A stretch of DNA of 64,000 nucleotides, from assembly GCA_951406725.2 (NCBI GenBank), contig OX597839.1, positions 14,632,001 to 14,696,000 on the forward strand. Reading direction: 5' to 3'. The DNA comes from Octopus vulgaris. Lineage: Eukaryota. Made by a program: the position numbers and the translations under genes. This document shows positions 24,601 through 39,500 of the stretch, one piece after another (position 1 is the first letter of the stretch; the number at the start of each line of letters is the position of its first letter). The notes under the pieces were generated by a model, which was given only the letters and a program-made list of their open reading frames with translations, was not told the DNA's origin and made no database searches.

Positions 24601-27477
24601 CACATCCACACTTAATGTTTCAATCCCCTGTCTGAAATCTCTAGCTTGTCCAGAATATTGACTTACAGGAAAATGTCCAGAAGTGTTTAGATATGCACTA
24701 AGAAAGAAAGAGAGGGAAAAAAAGAAAGCCTGCTTACTCTTCCACCTCTGGTCCACTGCAAGGTGTTGACACTGCCTTCTTGGACATCACACACAAATTT
24801 GGCTGTTTGTCCAGCACGGACAGTCAGTGTTTGAGGCTCTACTGTAACAATTATACCTGGGCCTGCAAGGAACATCAGAAATCAATGAGTATACAAATGG
24901 AACAATTGAACAAACATGTCATTGAACAGCACACAAAGTAATTTTCATAACCTGGGGATATATACAGAGTTTGTAAATCATGCAATATAAAAAAAATTCA
25001 ACCACTAAATGAAATAATAGTCAATTGAAATATTTACGATTAGTTTTCTTACCAAAACCTTCCTAATTAGTAATTTAAAATACTTTATCTTTAAAGTTAA
25101 TTTTCATTGAATTTGGCTTAAGTTTTATAAACATCAATGAACATATGGAAACATTATCTATTTAATCATATTTTTTTGAAACCATCAAACTAAAATACTT
25201 TGTTCAAGAGTGTAAAACAATCGTTGTAGTATAGCTTGCTTCTCTGACCAAGTGGTAAGCACTCTAATATGTTTGTACATTTAATGTTATTCTATTATTG
25301 TTCTTTTTCATCATGAAGCACAATTAGTATCTCTTTGACAAGAAGATTGGGGAAAAAGCATGTACTTTGTCCACGAGTAGTCTGGTAGTTTGTAATTTAA
25401 ACAGTTTGAATATAGACTCAAATAGTTAGTAATCCATGATTTAAAACTTAAAAACTTTGTTAATGACAGAGAAAAAACAACTTCACAAACCTGGTACGAC
25501 TACCAATTCTACAGTTTTAGAAGCTCTTCCAGAATCACCATAGGCTGTACAAACATATACTCCAGCATCATCGGTGGTGACTGAATTGATCATCAGAATA
25601 CCATCTTGAGATGTGCTTCGAGAACTCAATGGTCGCTGTAAAATTTAGAAATTGGTAAATTAGTAACATACAAAGAGAAAACAACAAGACTGAAGTAAGT
25701 TTTTGTCAAGAGATAAAATAATGCAGTCATAACTGTGTTAATCAGAACTTTGCATTGCAACCGTATTGCTCAAGATTTGATTCTACTGCTAAGATAGGCA
25801 TTTGTCTTCTATCATAATCTCACGCTGACCAATGCTTTGTAAAAACATACATGCACACACAGACACAAACACACACACTCATATATATATATAATCAAAA
25901 TAGGCAACAAAGATATCCAAGGTAGTGTAGTACAATTGTTTCATGCTACTTCATTTTATTAAACACTGTAAGTATTACATCAGTTTTAAAATGTCGAGCA
26001 ATCTTCAGCCATTGCTTGACATTTTAAAACTGATGTAATACTTACAGTGTTTAATAAAATGAAGTAGCATGAAACAATTGTACTGCATTACCTTTGGATA
26101 TCCTTGTTGCTTATTCTGATTATAATCACCACATTTGATTTATATGGATAATACCATACAAAATTCTGGTGCCTTTAACTTAAGTACCATATTCATCTGA
26201 ATCTAAATTTTGCTGAACCTATATCTATATATATATGTGAAAAGTTTCCACATAGATTCTGCCAAATTTCACTCACAACTGGTCAATTCTGAGTCTACAG
26301 TAAAAGAAGACTCTTGCCCAAGGAACCAAGCATGAGGCTACAAACTACACACCTATGCTGAGCCAATTAAAAACGTGTAAATATATTTAAAAGTAGAAAC
26401 AGGAAATACTGTAGTGTCACATACATTGTTGTTTCTTGACCACTGTAGAGTTCCACTGCGTCCTCCTTCAATTTGACACATGAACTTTGCATTTTCTCCA
26501 GTATCAACAGTCAACTGATATGGTTGGATAGAGACAGTCAAACGTTCAGCTGAAAAAGGAAAAATTACATAATTGCAATGACGTATTTGTCAGTAGTATA
26601 CAATCCTGTGTTGTAAGTTCGAGGAATGATAAACCTAGTGTGTATACAAAAGTATATTTGTATTGGTGTGCCTGTTAAATTGTGTGGTTTTATCTGGTTA
26701 TGCCAAATGTTGACTTTCTAGTTACCAAGTCACAGATTGCTTATCTTGCATTAATTCCAATCAATATTATTTTGAACTTTACTAAGGCAGTGAGCTTGTA
26801 GAATTGTTAGCATGCTGGGCAAAATACTCAGCGGTATTTTGTCTGTCTTTATGTTCTGAGTTCAAATTCTGCCAAAGTTGACTTTGCCTTTCATCCTTTC
26901 AGGGTCAAAAAAATAAGTACTAGCTGAATAATAGGGTCAATATAATCAATTTAAGTACTCCCCAAAATTGCTGGCCTTGTGCCAAAATTTGAAACCACTA
27001 TTCTGAACTTTACCATACAATTTTATTATGAACAAGACTGTCAGATATCAGGTTTAACTACATGCAGATCTGTTTAATTGTATTTTTGTTAGGAAGCTCC
27101 AACATAGCATTGGATCAAGGCAGGACTTACTTTCAACCCACATTCTACACAAATAAATTAAAATCGACAATAAATTCTAAGCCAACCAGCATTCAGGTTT
27201 TTCTTTTTACTTCACCCTTTCATTTCTTCCACTTTTTTAATGATGAACAAAATTCTCCCCCCTCTTCTCCTCTCTGTCTGTCTTTTTTTTTCTGTACTTC
27301 TCCTTCATTTATATTCTTGCTGCCTTCCTCCCCAGGTGACTACAATCAGTGAATCATTGCAGGCTAAAACAATATAGCACTGTCAAAACTGTTGAATAGC
27401 AAAGAAATAGCAAAAAGGTTTGATACAAATACAAAGTAATAGCAACAGCAGCAGTAGCAGTAGTAGTGGTGGTGGTG

Positions 27478-27512
<35 letters not shown>

Positions 27513-27521
27513 GGTGGTGGT

Positions 27522-27594
<73 letters not shown>

Positions 27595-30500
27595 ATGCTT
27601 TCAAATTTTGACACAAGACCAGCAATTTTAGGAGCAGAGGTAAGTTGATTATATCAACCCCCCAGCATTTGAACTCAGAATGTATGATGTAAGAACTGCA
27701 AAAGATTGTTTTAACTGGTACCTCACATGTATTGAAAAGTGTGTTGTTGCTGTGAATTTTCTTTCCTTTTTTTCCCCCCTTTTTCTTTGTTTTTTTCTCC
27801 TTTTATTTATTTTTTATTTTTCCTACGTTTTTTTAACCCTTTTCTATCACATAACTTGACTTTGTAAATGAACAATCTGGCATGATTATTTTTATGACCT
27901 ACCAATGTATACAGTGAGTTTCTTTGCCCTAGGTGTCAGGAAAACACTCGGCAAGAAATGGAAACAGAATTGAAAGAAAAACAACAACAACAGCAGTAAT
28001 TTTAGCACAAGGTCAGCATTTTGAAGAGAGGTTGTGTTAGTCAATACTTCGGTCCCAGTACTTGACTAATATTTTATTGATCCTGGAGAGATGAAATGCA
28101 AAGCTGACTCTGGTGGGATTTGAACTCAGAACACGAAAAGAGTTGGAACAAATAAAGCAAAGCATTTCTTCTGATCCTCAAACAATTCTACCATATATAT
28201 AAACAAATAGCTTTAAAGTAATGCTTTATTACTTACAGGATTCAACAGTCAATTTAGCACTGTTGGTAAACCTTTGGCCATGAACTGTGACTGTACATAT
28301 ATAGTTATCTGTATCTTCTGGTACAGTGTCAAAAATAACAAGACGGTTTCGTTCTATGGAGCTCCTTGATCCAGGAATAGACAACTGCAAAAAAACATAA
28401 GTATAATGAACTATATGAAAAGCTTCACTTTGTAGAAATTTGAAATTTAAAAAAAAAAGAACACCCTACCCATTACTTCCATAATATTGTGTTTTGATCA
28501 CACTGTACAATTTTCGTCTTGAGGTTGAGGGAAAGCATGTGGAGAACTCATATAAAAATATTTCTACACACACACACACACACACACATACACATACACA
28601 ATTTACCTTGACTCCATTCAGTTCATTTTGATTACTACGTATTTTATGTGTATGTGTGTGTATGCACGATGGACTTCTTTCAATTTATGTCCACCAAATC
28701 TACTCACAAGGCATTGGTTGAACTGGGGCTACATATAACAGAAGACACTTGCCAAAGGTGTCAGGTAATGGGACTAAACCCACAACCATGCGTTTGAGAA
28801 GCAAACTTCCTACCACACAGCCATAGATTGCATATATATAGAAGTATATGATATAAAAAAAATTCATTTATTCTTACTATTTCATGCATATCTTCCCAAA
28901 AATGAAGCCCAAACAGTAGAGCTAAATGATGTAACTTACACTTTTTATTTTGTAAAGGCTAGTGCAATACTGAGTAAAAGGATGGAATTATTCTCCCGTT
29001 ATAACACAAAGCATTTAAATAATTTAATATATATATATATAAAGTTAATCCAAACATGAAAACACAAAGAGAAAACACAACAACGCTAGGACGTGGAACA
29101 AATATAGTATTATTGGACGCTCAGGAAGGAAGGGAAGAAGGAGGGTTTTATGCTTCAAGCGGAGCTCTTCGTCAGAAACACAGGAAAAGGAAAGATCCAG
29201 AGAAGGGAAGACAGAGGAAAAAAAAATCGCCAACGGTACACACATGGTCACATATATATATATATACACACACACAGACACACATATATATTTCTTTAGA
29301 AGTATGCCTTTCATCTCGTCCACGTTTTTATGTAGATCTCATTTGATGGAGTGGGTATATTTTTTGTAGAATAACCAAGGACGTATAACTCCATAGTATC
29401 TGAGAGAGAGTAACTTTTGTGATTATGTAGAGGCTCACAGTGATTGTATAGCTATAGAACACAAACCGCATGGTGGCCTTTTGTAAAACATTCTGTGACC
29501 AGAGTACATTATGTATTGTCAGTAGTTTATATATTTAAAGAAAGAAGCAAACTCTAAAACATTAAACCACTATATTACTGCTCTAATGTTGGTAAGTAGC
29601 TTGATTACCAACCACATGGCTATGGGTTCAGTCCCACTGCATGGCACCTTGGGCAAGTGTCTTCTACTATAGCCTCGGGCCGACCAAAGCCTTCTGAGTG
29701 GATTTGGTAGACGGAAACTGAAAGAAGCCCGTCGTATATATATATATATATATATACACACACATATATATATACATATATATATATATGTGTGTGTGTG
29801 TTTGTGTGTCTGTGTTTGTCCCCCCAACATCACTTGACAACCGATGCTGGTGTGTTTACGTCCCTGTAACTTAGCGGTTTGGCAAAAGAGACCGATAGAA
29901 TAAGTACTAGGCTTACAAAGAATAAGTCCTGGGGTCGATTTGCTCGACTAAAGGCAGTGCTCCAGCATGGCTGCAGTCAAATGACTGAAACGAGTAAAAG
30001 AGTATATATATATATATGTATGTATGTATGTATATATATACATTGAGGTTGAAAGTTAGTACCCATGACATTTTTTGTAGGAACATCAAATGTCATGATG
30101 AAAAAAGGAGTGAATCCAGAGACTGAAATTATTCTAAAAACGAAGACTTGGTCCAAATACTTTCAATAAAGTGGATTTACTAAGTTATCCATGGGTAATA
30201 ATGTTAGTGGTTGTGATAGTGGTGTTTATATGGGTAGTGGTTGTCGTTATTTGCAGTGGTGGTGGTTTTGGTGTTAATAAGGGTTGGTAGGTGGTAGTGG
30301 CTATGATGGTATTTGTAGTGTTTATGGCAGAGATTGTGGTAGCGGTGGTGGTGGTGTATAAAAATAAAACCAGACAACAGTAAATTTACTAACTCCTGTC
30401 TCTCTTGACCAAATGACTTCTGAGGGACGTGCTTCCAAAACATCACATGTGAAAATTGCTCGAGATCCTGCACGCACATTGATACTTGGTGGGTTGATGG

Positions 30501-33500
30501 TGATTGTATATGATGAGCCTGTTACAATAAAATAGAATAAAGTAAGGCATTTAGTTTCAAAAAAATAGAATAAGTGAGATTTGAAAGCAGAAAGCAGTAA
30601 TCAAACACCACAAGGTATGTTTGTTCAATGATCTACCAATTCTGCCACATGCAACACACACACACAAGCATGCATACATATATCCAGCTGGCTTTTGCTC
30701 TTTTTCTATCTACCAAATTTAACTGTTAACACTTTTGTTACCATGTTTTTGTTGAAATTTGTTTAAATTAATTTTGAAAATTATAATGAATTTAATAAAA
30801 TAATTTTGTCTTTATTAAGCTAGTGTTTGGAATATAAATTAATAAGAAATTGTAACAGAAGGTTCTAATTTAGATTACATTAAAATTTGTGTCATTGAAC
30901 TAGGAGTGGTCTCAGCTGGCTCGGTATCAAAAGAGTCAAGGCTTCATTTCACCTGAGACAGTAGCAAAAAAAACTGAGCTGTGCAACTGAATCAAATGTA
31001 TACCAAATGATTGTGAAAACAGTCGGGATAATGTGGAAGGTTGTTTCCATGAAGTGTATTCATAAGGCAAAAAGATAGTCACTAGTCTTCTCCGAGATAA
31101 ATTATCAGTATAGATTTAGCTAAAGCCATGTGAGATGATGCGAACAATTGAGAAAAAAAAATCTGGGTTGTTTGGATATGTAGCTCTCTAAGATGTGTTT
31201 TTCTCGACAGCATTTATAGCACTTTGATAAATTCTCAGATTCAAACCAAGGAAAATTGTTTTTACTTTTCATTTTTAATTATCGTGTTCTTTTCAATGTA
31301 AGTGGAACAATAGCACACAAGACCCTTTTTGGTGACTGATTGACACTTGTAGGAGAAAGGGATAAAAATTATCCTCGGACCAGAAATCTGATTTGAATGC
31401 TTGCAACAGAGTGGATTCTGTTGAAGGCATCGGTGCTTAACATTGATGGCTCCATCAAGAGCAATACCAGTGTAAATGAAATGGAATGTATTCAATCAGC
31501 AAGTAAGAGCTTGTTTGCATACTGGGTAACTAGAAAACTAACCACTACACTACAGCATTCAGTTTTCACAACACAAAATTAATATAACACTACTTACTTG
31601 GTTCAACAACCAACTGGACTGATGATGTTGTTGTTCGACCGTCTGGTCCATATCCTGTACAAATATATTCACCACTGTCATCGGCTGTTGCTGAGTTTAT
31701 CATCAAAACACCTTCTGATTGTGTAGCACGAGAGCTGAGAGGCTGCTGTGTAAAGAAATAGTGATATTTCCAATGAGCATTCTGAGTTCAAATCTCACTG
31801 ATGCCAACTTCACGTTTTATTATTTGATAAAATATAAATACCACAAGTACTAGGGTTGATTTAACTTACTGTATCCATCTATGAAATGTGAGGCCTTGTG
31901 CTTATGTTAGAAATTCTTTTGATGACAAACAATATAGAATGAATATAGAGGCTTCAAAATATTTGATGTTGATGATGATTAATCTGAAATGCCATGCAGT
32001 TGGCAAAATAGCTTTTTAACTTGGCCTATTGTTGTCGTCATCGTCATCATTGTCATCATCATCATCATTTAACGTCTGTCTTCTATGTTGGCATGGGTTG
32101 GATGGTTTGACAGGTGCTGGCAAGCTAGAGGACTGCACCAAACTCTGTCTTTTTTAGGCATGGTTTTTATGACTGGATGCCCTTCCTAATGCCAACAACT
32201 TTACAGAAGGCTATAAATTGTTGTGATGAGAATATAGTTGATTAAATCAATTCCAATACTGGTATCATACAGTTTCTAATACAGGTTCAAGTTGTATGAT
32301 CAAATGTATTCTAGCTACATCTCATACTTTCAGACAGTCTATCTTGGACTACAGTATCCTCAATGTGCAGGGTTTTCTTAAAAAAAAGATGTTAGTGAAT
32401 GATTCAAGAGACTTAACTGCTGTTTCTTACCATCCAAATGACCATGGAGAAACTCCCTCATAGCAGTCAATACAAGGAGGATATTATCTCATGATGATGC
32501 TCATGTTATGTTTATAAGTTAATGCTCAGTTAACTTATAAAGCAGTAACTATTCATCAGTAAAATCAATGTTCAATTGTATTTGTACATTGATTAATATA
32601 TTCCCTTGGTATGTTGTTCAGATTATTCTTTAAATCTTTTACTGGTTTTAATCACTGAATTGTGACCATGTTGGAGCACTGTTACAAGGGTTTTAGCCAA
32701 TTATATTAATCCCAATTCTTATTTCAGATTGAATTTATTTCAAGAATATTTGTTGAACTGCTATAAGATGCAACATAAAGAATGTTACTGGTTCTTTTGG
32801 TTAGTGTAAATAAAAGTAAAGACACATACAATCTTCATCGTCACCCCCACCCCCACCCATCCCACAACATACACATATTAGGATTTCACAGTTTCACAAC
32901 AAATTCTACTCGTGAACGTTGATTAACCCAAGGCTATGGCAGAAGACACTTGTCTAAGGTGCTATGTAGAGAGATGAAACCCAGAACCATGTGGTTGTGA
33001 ACAAACTTATTACCCACATGGCTAAGCCTGTACCCATTTATTTTATACTTGAGTTTTCTATATAAATTGCAATAAAAAGAATTTCAATAATAACTTTTAC
33101 AAAACTCATAGAAGTATTACATAATTAAAAAGCCAATATAACATAAAAAGAACAAAACAAAATTCCACAAAGAGCTGAACTTACAGATGGTCTTCTACTC
33201 CACAGCATGGATCCAGTATAGCCTGCTCCTATCTGACACATAAATTTGGCAGATTCTCCATGTCTAATATTCAAAGATCTTGGGTTGATAGTCACAAGGA
33301 ATGGTACAACTAAAAATAAAGATAACACAGTACAAAACAATGCTATTGTTACTGTAGTTTTTTTTTCATCATCATCGTTTAGCGTCTGCTTTCCATGCTG
33401 GCATGGGTTCGACGGTTCAACTGGGGTCTGGGAAGCCAGAAGGCTGCACCAGGCCCAGTCTGATCCGGCAATGTTTCTACGGCTGGATGCTCTTCCTAAC

Positions 33501-36500
33501 GCCAACCACTCCGTGAGTGTAGTGGGTGCTTTTTACGTGCCACCGGCACAGGTGCCAGACGAGGCTGGCAAACGGTCACAATCGGATGGTGCTTTTTACG
33601 TGCTACCGGCACGGAGTCCAGGCGAGGCTGGCAACAGCCATGATCAGATGGTGCTTTTTACATGCCAAGGAATATGGCAGTCATCTCACAGCCATTTTCA
33701 GGGCCTTCATGATTGGTGAGAGGAAGTAGGGAAGTTATTGCTAGACCAGAAAACTGAGCTGAATGCTTGCAACAACAGAGTGTGGACTCTGTTAAAGGTA
33801 CCCAATGGTCTAGTAGGTGATGCTGAACTAATTCACATTAATTCTTCCATCCAAACACAACACTGTTTCCTCAATCTGATGGCTCTCCTCACAGCTGTGA
33901 AGATTTCTTTCTCAAAGCTTTAGCCAAACCAAGGTTATGGTAGATGGTACATCACCATTATTTAACATCCATTTTCATGCTGGCATGGGTTGGATGGTTT
34001 GACAGGAGCTGGCAACTCAGAAGACAATACCATACTCTACTGTCTGCTTTGACATGGTTTCTACAGCTTGATGGCATTCTAACACACAGTACAAGTGAAT
34101 AAAAAGCAACATAGTTAAAAAGAAAACTTCTTAATCACATGGCCACAGTTGGACATGATATGGCTCTATGACTATATTCTATAATTGCCTTTGACTGGAA
34201 CAGAAATGAGGAACTGGTTTCTAGTCAAAAACGATATTACAATTATTATTCAATTAGGCCTTTCAACCCCCATTCACCTAATATTTAACCCTTTCATTAC
34301 TGTATTTATTTTGAGATGCTTTGTGTTTCTTTCAATTATTTTAAATATAACAAAGAATTTAGTAAAATAACTTGGTTATCATTCAGCTAATGTTAAGAAC
34401 ATAAATTGTGACTAAGGTTTGATGGAAGATTTGAATTCAAAACTTATGCAAACAAGACATTTATACTAAAGAGCCAGAGCCGGTTTCAGCCAGGTTGGTA
34501 ACGAAAGGGTTAAGCTAGTATAACAAATATTTACAATACTTACCAAATTCAATAATTAGGCTGGCTGAACCAGTGAACTTTTGACCTCGAATGGTTGCTT
34601 CACAGATATATTCATCAGTGTCAGTCATTTCAGTATCATAGATGACAAGACGGCTGCCATCAACTGAGCTTCTTCCTGAAGGAATTGGACTCTGAAATTG
34701 AATGAAAAGAAACAGTTATCATTGTTTGTTGATATTATTGTTATCATGGTATCATGGTATCAACCAAGACAAGTAGATGCTGTTATACATTGCCAGTCAC
34801 AATGTGCTTCACACTGTTTTAGCTTTTGAAGGATGCCACACCAGTGGCTAGGCAAGCAGGCTAACATTCCCCCTGGTTGGAAGGCTATTATGTCACAGGT
34901 TTACTCATTTACAACCGAGTGGACTGGAACAACGTGAATTGATGTGTTTTGCTTAAGAACATAATCCCTCACCTGGTTTGGGAATAGAACCCATGATCTA
35001 ATGATCATGAGTGCAATACTCTAACCACTAGGCCATGCACCTTCACATGATTGTTATAATTTATGTTTGAAGAAAGGTCATCGCTGATTAAATAAACCCA
35101 TGATCAAAGACATGCCAGGTATGAACATTATATCATTTGTATATCAGAGACTAATTTATCCAATGTGCTTTTACTGTTTAGAAGGAGGACAAATATGATG
35201 TGAAGGAGGTTTGACAGCTATTTCTAGCAGATAATGTAACTGCATAGAAGCTTGTTCATGTTATCTGTATTAAGTCAATACAAGCTAAGAGAGGGAAATT
35301 GAATAGATGGAAATTGTGTGGAAGCTTTTCAGATGCATTGCAACAGTAATAAAAAAGGTCTTGCCTGGTTACACACTGTGTTACACTGATTCTACATGTT
35401 TCGTCTGTGGAATACTCAGCCACTTACTATTTCAATGAGGAGGTTGCTCAGTTTATAGAACAAATGCCTTACTCTTTGTCAAACCCCAAATATAGTGTAA
35501 TGTAAAACAGTGAGTTGCAGTTTGCTGGGTAGTTTATATGGTGTCTGACTGACACCAAGTCACTGTTTCACATCCTATGCATCCTAGATTTGCAGTATTT
35601 CACTGTAAAAACACTTGAAACAGAATAATTGAGATGAGTTGTTGCCTATAAGATCATAATTTTTCAAACAGATCAAAAACCTTTAATATTTACAACTATA
35701 CAACATTTTAATTGGCTTAATATCCAATTATGGCCAAATGTTTTATTCCTAGATATCTTTTATCTTTTATTTGTTTCAGTCATTGGATGTAGTCATGCCG
35801 GGACACCACCTTCAGGGATTTTTGGTTGAACTCATCAACTCCAGTATTTATTTTCGTTTTTAATTGGTATTTATTTTATCAGTGTCTTTTGCTAAGCTGC
35901 TAAGTTATGGGGATGTAAACACACCAACACCAGTTGTCAAGTGGTGGTAGGAAACAAGCACAAACACACACACAGCCGTTCAAGAATTTGGTCCTGGATA
36001 TCTCCATTTTCAGAAACTTCAAGGGCCACCTCCCAGAGGTGTCGGACGTCAACAAAGAGCCCTCGACTACAACAAGACCACCAAAGTTTTTTCTTCTTTT
36101 TCCAAGATCTGGAGGTCTCCTGCCCCTAAGCCCTAGACCATCACCTAATCATCCTTACCCGTCTTGTTGCTTAACAACAACAACAACAACACACACACAA
36201 TGGGCTTCCTTCAGTTTCTGTTGACCAAATCCACTCACAAGGCTTTGGTTGAAACACCAAAAACAAAACGAAGCCAGAAAATCTATCTGAAGTTCTTCAG
36301 GAAGTTTCAAGAAGTTTATTTCACTGTTTAATATGACATTTAGATATTTTTTATTTCATATCAAGGTCTTGTGAATGACAACACCATTAGTTTTATGTTT
36401 CCAACAAGATAATCGCTGGACCATTATATTTATAAAGGCATGAGTGACATGAGGTTATCTGTGTAACAAATACCATCAAGATGTTAAAAGCAGTATTTTA

Positions 36501-39500
36501 GGTGAGTGGGGCTGGTTAGTGTTTATACTTTTGGACAATATACATCACCAGAAGACACACACACCCATCTATACAAACACATATATGACAGGCTTTAGCA
36601 TAATCCCCATCAGCCAAATTCCACTCACAAGAAAGCCATCCCGAAGTGACATTATAAGACAAAAGGCTGCAAGCTGGCAGAACCGTCAGCACGCCTGGCG
36701 AAAAGCATAGCCGTATTTCGTCTGCCATTAATTTCTGGGTTCAAATTCCGCCTAGGTCGACTTTGCCTTTCATCCTTTCAGGTCGATAAATTAAGTACCA
36801 GTTACACACTGGGGTCAATGTAATTGACTTAATCCGTTTGTCTGTCCTTGTTTGTCCCCTCTATGTTTAGCCCCTTGTGGGTAATAAAGAAACAGATATT
36901 ATAAGACACTTGCTCAAGCTGCTATGCTTTGGGATTGACCACATATTTGTGGAGTGAAGTAAACCTCTTAATTACAAAGCCATTCCTGCATGCAATCCAA
37001 AAAGGTGGTCATTACACTGAGTCATTTGTATCTCGTTATAAAAAAGAAATTAAAAAAATAAAAATTACAAAAACATTTACTCACTCCAGATTTTCTTCTC
37101 CACTCTATGCTTGAAGGACGAGTTCCTGGTACACCACAGGTGAATATTGCACGGGATCCTGCAACCACTTTAATGGAAGGTGGTGTGATCTGAACTGTAA
37201 AGGTAGTTTCTGTAACGAGAAATTTATTATTATTATTATTAAGGTGGCAAGCAGGCAGAATTGTAACTGCACCAGACAAAATGGTTTGTGGCATTTCTTC
37301 TAACTTTGTATTCTGAGTTTGAATTCTGTGGAGGCCAACTTTGCCTTTCATCCTTTCAGGGTCAATAAAATAAGTACCAGTTGAATATTGGAGGCAATGT
37401 TATCAACTTACCCACTCCCCAAAATTGCTGGCCTTGTGCCAAAATTTGAAACTAATTATTATTACCATTAAGGCAGAAAGCTGGCAGAATTGTTACTGTG
37501 CCAGACAAAATGCGTAGCAGCACTTCTGGCTTTACATTCTGAATTCAAAATTCCGTTGAGACCTATTCTGCCTTTCATCTTTACAGAATTGATAAATTAA
37601 GTACCAGTTGAGCACTGGGATAGATGCAATCAGCTTCCCCATCCCTCAAGTTTGCTGGTCTTGTATCAAAATAAGAAAAGATAATTATTATTATTATTAT
37701 TAGCCAATAAAAGAAGTACTAGTCAAGACTTTTACGGATTCCATGGACAGCAAGGCTCACCAATGGAGAAGTTCTTAAGCAGATCAGGCCGAAAATGTTG
37801 CTTGAAGCTAGGATCACCAAGCATAGATTGGCATATTTCGGTCATATTATGCGGAGAAAATCCCTGGAGAAGGACATCATGTTCGGAATGGTCAGTGGCA
37901 AGAGAGGAAGAGGCTGACCAAGAACCCACTGGCTTGACACCATCAAGAGTGATACCGGAATGGACATAGCCAATCTGAAAGAAGCGGCCCAGGATAGAAC
38001 TGACTGGTGGACACTGATCCATCAAGTAACCGAGAGTCGACTTCGACTGAGCGGATAGATAGATACATAATATTTTAGCACTGCTAAAATATTATGTTAT
38101 CAACCCAGTAAGAAATTAAAATCAAAGTTGACCTCTGTAGAGTTTGAACTCAGCTCAGAAAGCTGTAAGAGGTACACAAGGGATTCTGTTTTATCCCAAG
38201 CTCTAATGACTCTGCCAATTTACTATCTTATTAAAATAGGTAAAAATAAAAGCAGTTACTAAGGAACATATAAATAAATAATTAAAAGAAAACTTACCAG
38301 TCTTAATAATGAGTTCAGCTGTCTCAGATACTCTGCCACCTTTGTCATCATAGCCAATGCAAGTATATATTCCAGCATCAGAAGGGGTCACGGAGTTGAT
38401 GGTCAAATAACCACCTTGAACAACAGCTCTTGGATTCAAACGTTGCTGAAATGAAGGTTGTGGTCCAGATTAAAGGAAATACATAAAAATACATACATTT
38501 GGGACAACCCTTCATTTATTTATGTTTAATTAAATATATGATTGGAAAGCCATTTAATTCTTTTGTGACTAATTTTCTAATGAGTGGATAGCAAGTATGT
38601 TTCAGAAATTTTCAAATATAATCAGAATTTGGAGGTAGTTTAAAATATTGTAACTTCATGAATAGATATATTATAGTGGTATTGCTAACCAACTGTACTA
38701 TTGTAACATCATTCATATTATGAGATTTGGTTCATATTTGAACTTAAATATGAACACTTCAGTGCAATCTGTCTCAGGTAAATTGGCATCAAAAAGATTA
38801 AGCAATTTTATAATGAAAAGCTTGTACTCATTCAGTAAAGGATGTGCTAATGTCTAAAATTCTAGAAACAACAACAAAAGAAGAAAAGAAACAGGAATAC
38901 AAAATAACTAATTTTACATTGGGAGGCGCAATGGCCCAGTGGTTAGGGCAGCAGACTTGCGGTTAGAGGATCGCGGTTTCAATTCCCAGACTGGGCGTTG
39001 TGTGTATTTATTGAGCGAAAACACCTAAAGCTCCACAAGGCTCCGGTAGGGGGTGGTGGTAACCCTTGTACTCTTTCACCCCAACTTTCTCTCACTCTTT
39101 CTTCCTGTTTCTTGAGAAACGCTGCGATGGACTGGCGTCCCGTCCAGCTGTGGGGGGAACATTGTTCGCTTTCCAGACATTTGTACATTACTGCATACAC
39201 TTTATACGCACTTTCTGACAAGTTGTGGTGCACCTGAGCACTGTATACAATAATTTCATTATTATTATATGCCACAGAAACCAGGAAACCAGGCCCATGA
39301 GCCTGGCTAGGCTTGAAAAAGGCGCATAAATAAAAAATAACTAATTTTACATTGTACAGAAGAAACAGAGGAGCGTTCAACATTTCAAACAGTGACTCTT
39401 CCTCAAGGAAAAGCAGAGAAGTTAAAAAAGAAAAGTTCCTTGACGTTAGTATTACAAAGTTATATAGTATGAGTGGCGTGATGCTGTATGAATACATTGT

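Noticed and set aside
25510-25540. GDSG in Ig6 and Ig9 as heparan sulfate attachment sites
   Set aside because: They lie in Ig beta-turns and lack the acidic cluster typical of GAG sites.
27354-27648. Poly-Thr/Ser/Leu/Val ORFs as a mucin-like or GAG-attachment exon
   Set aside because: These are translations of a trinucleotide microsatellite, with no convincing splice sites.
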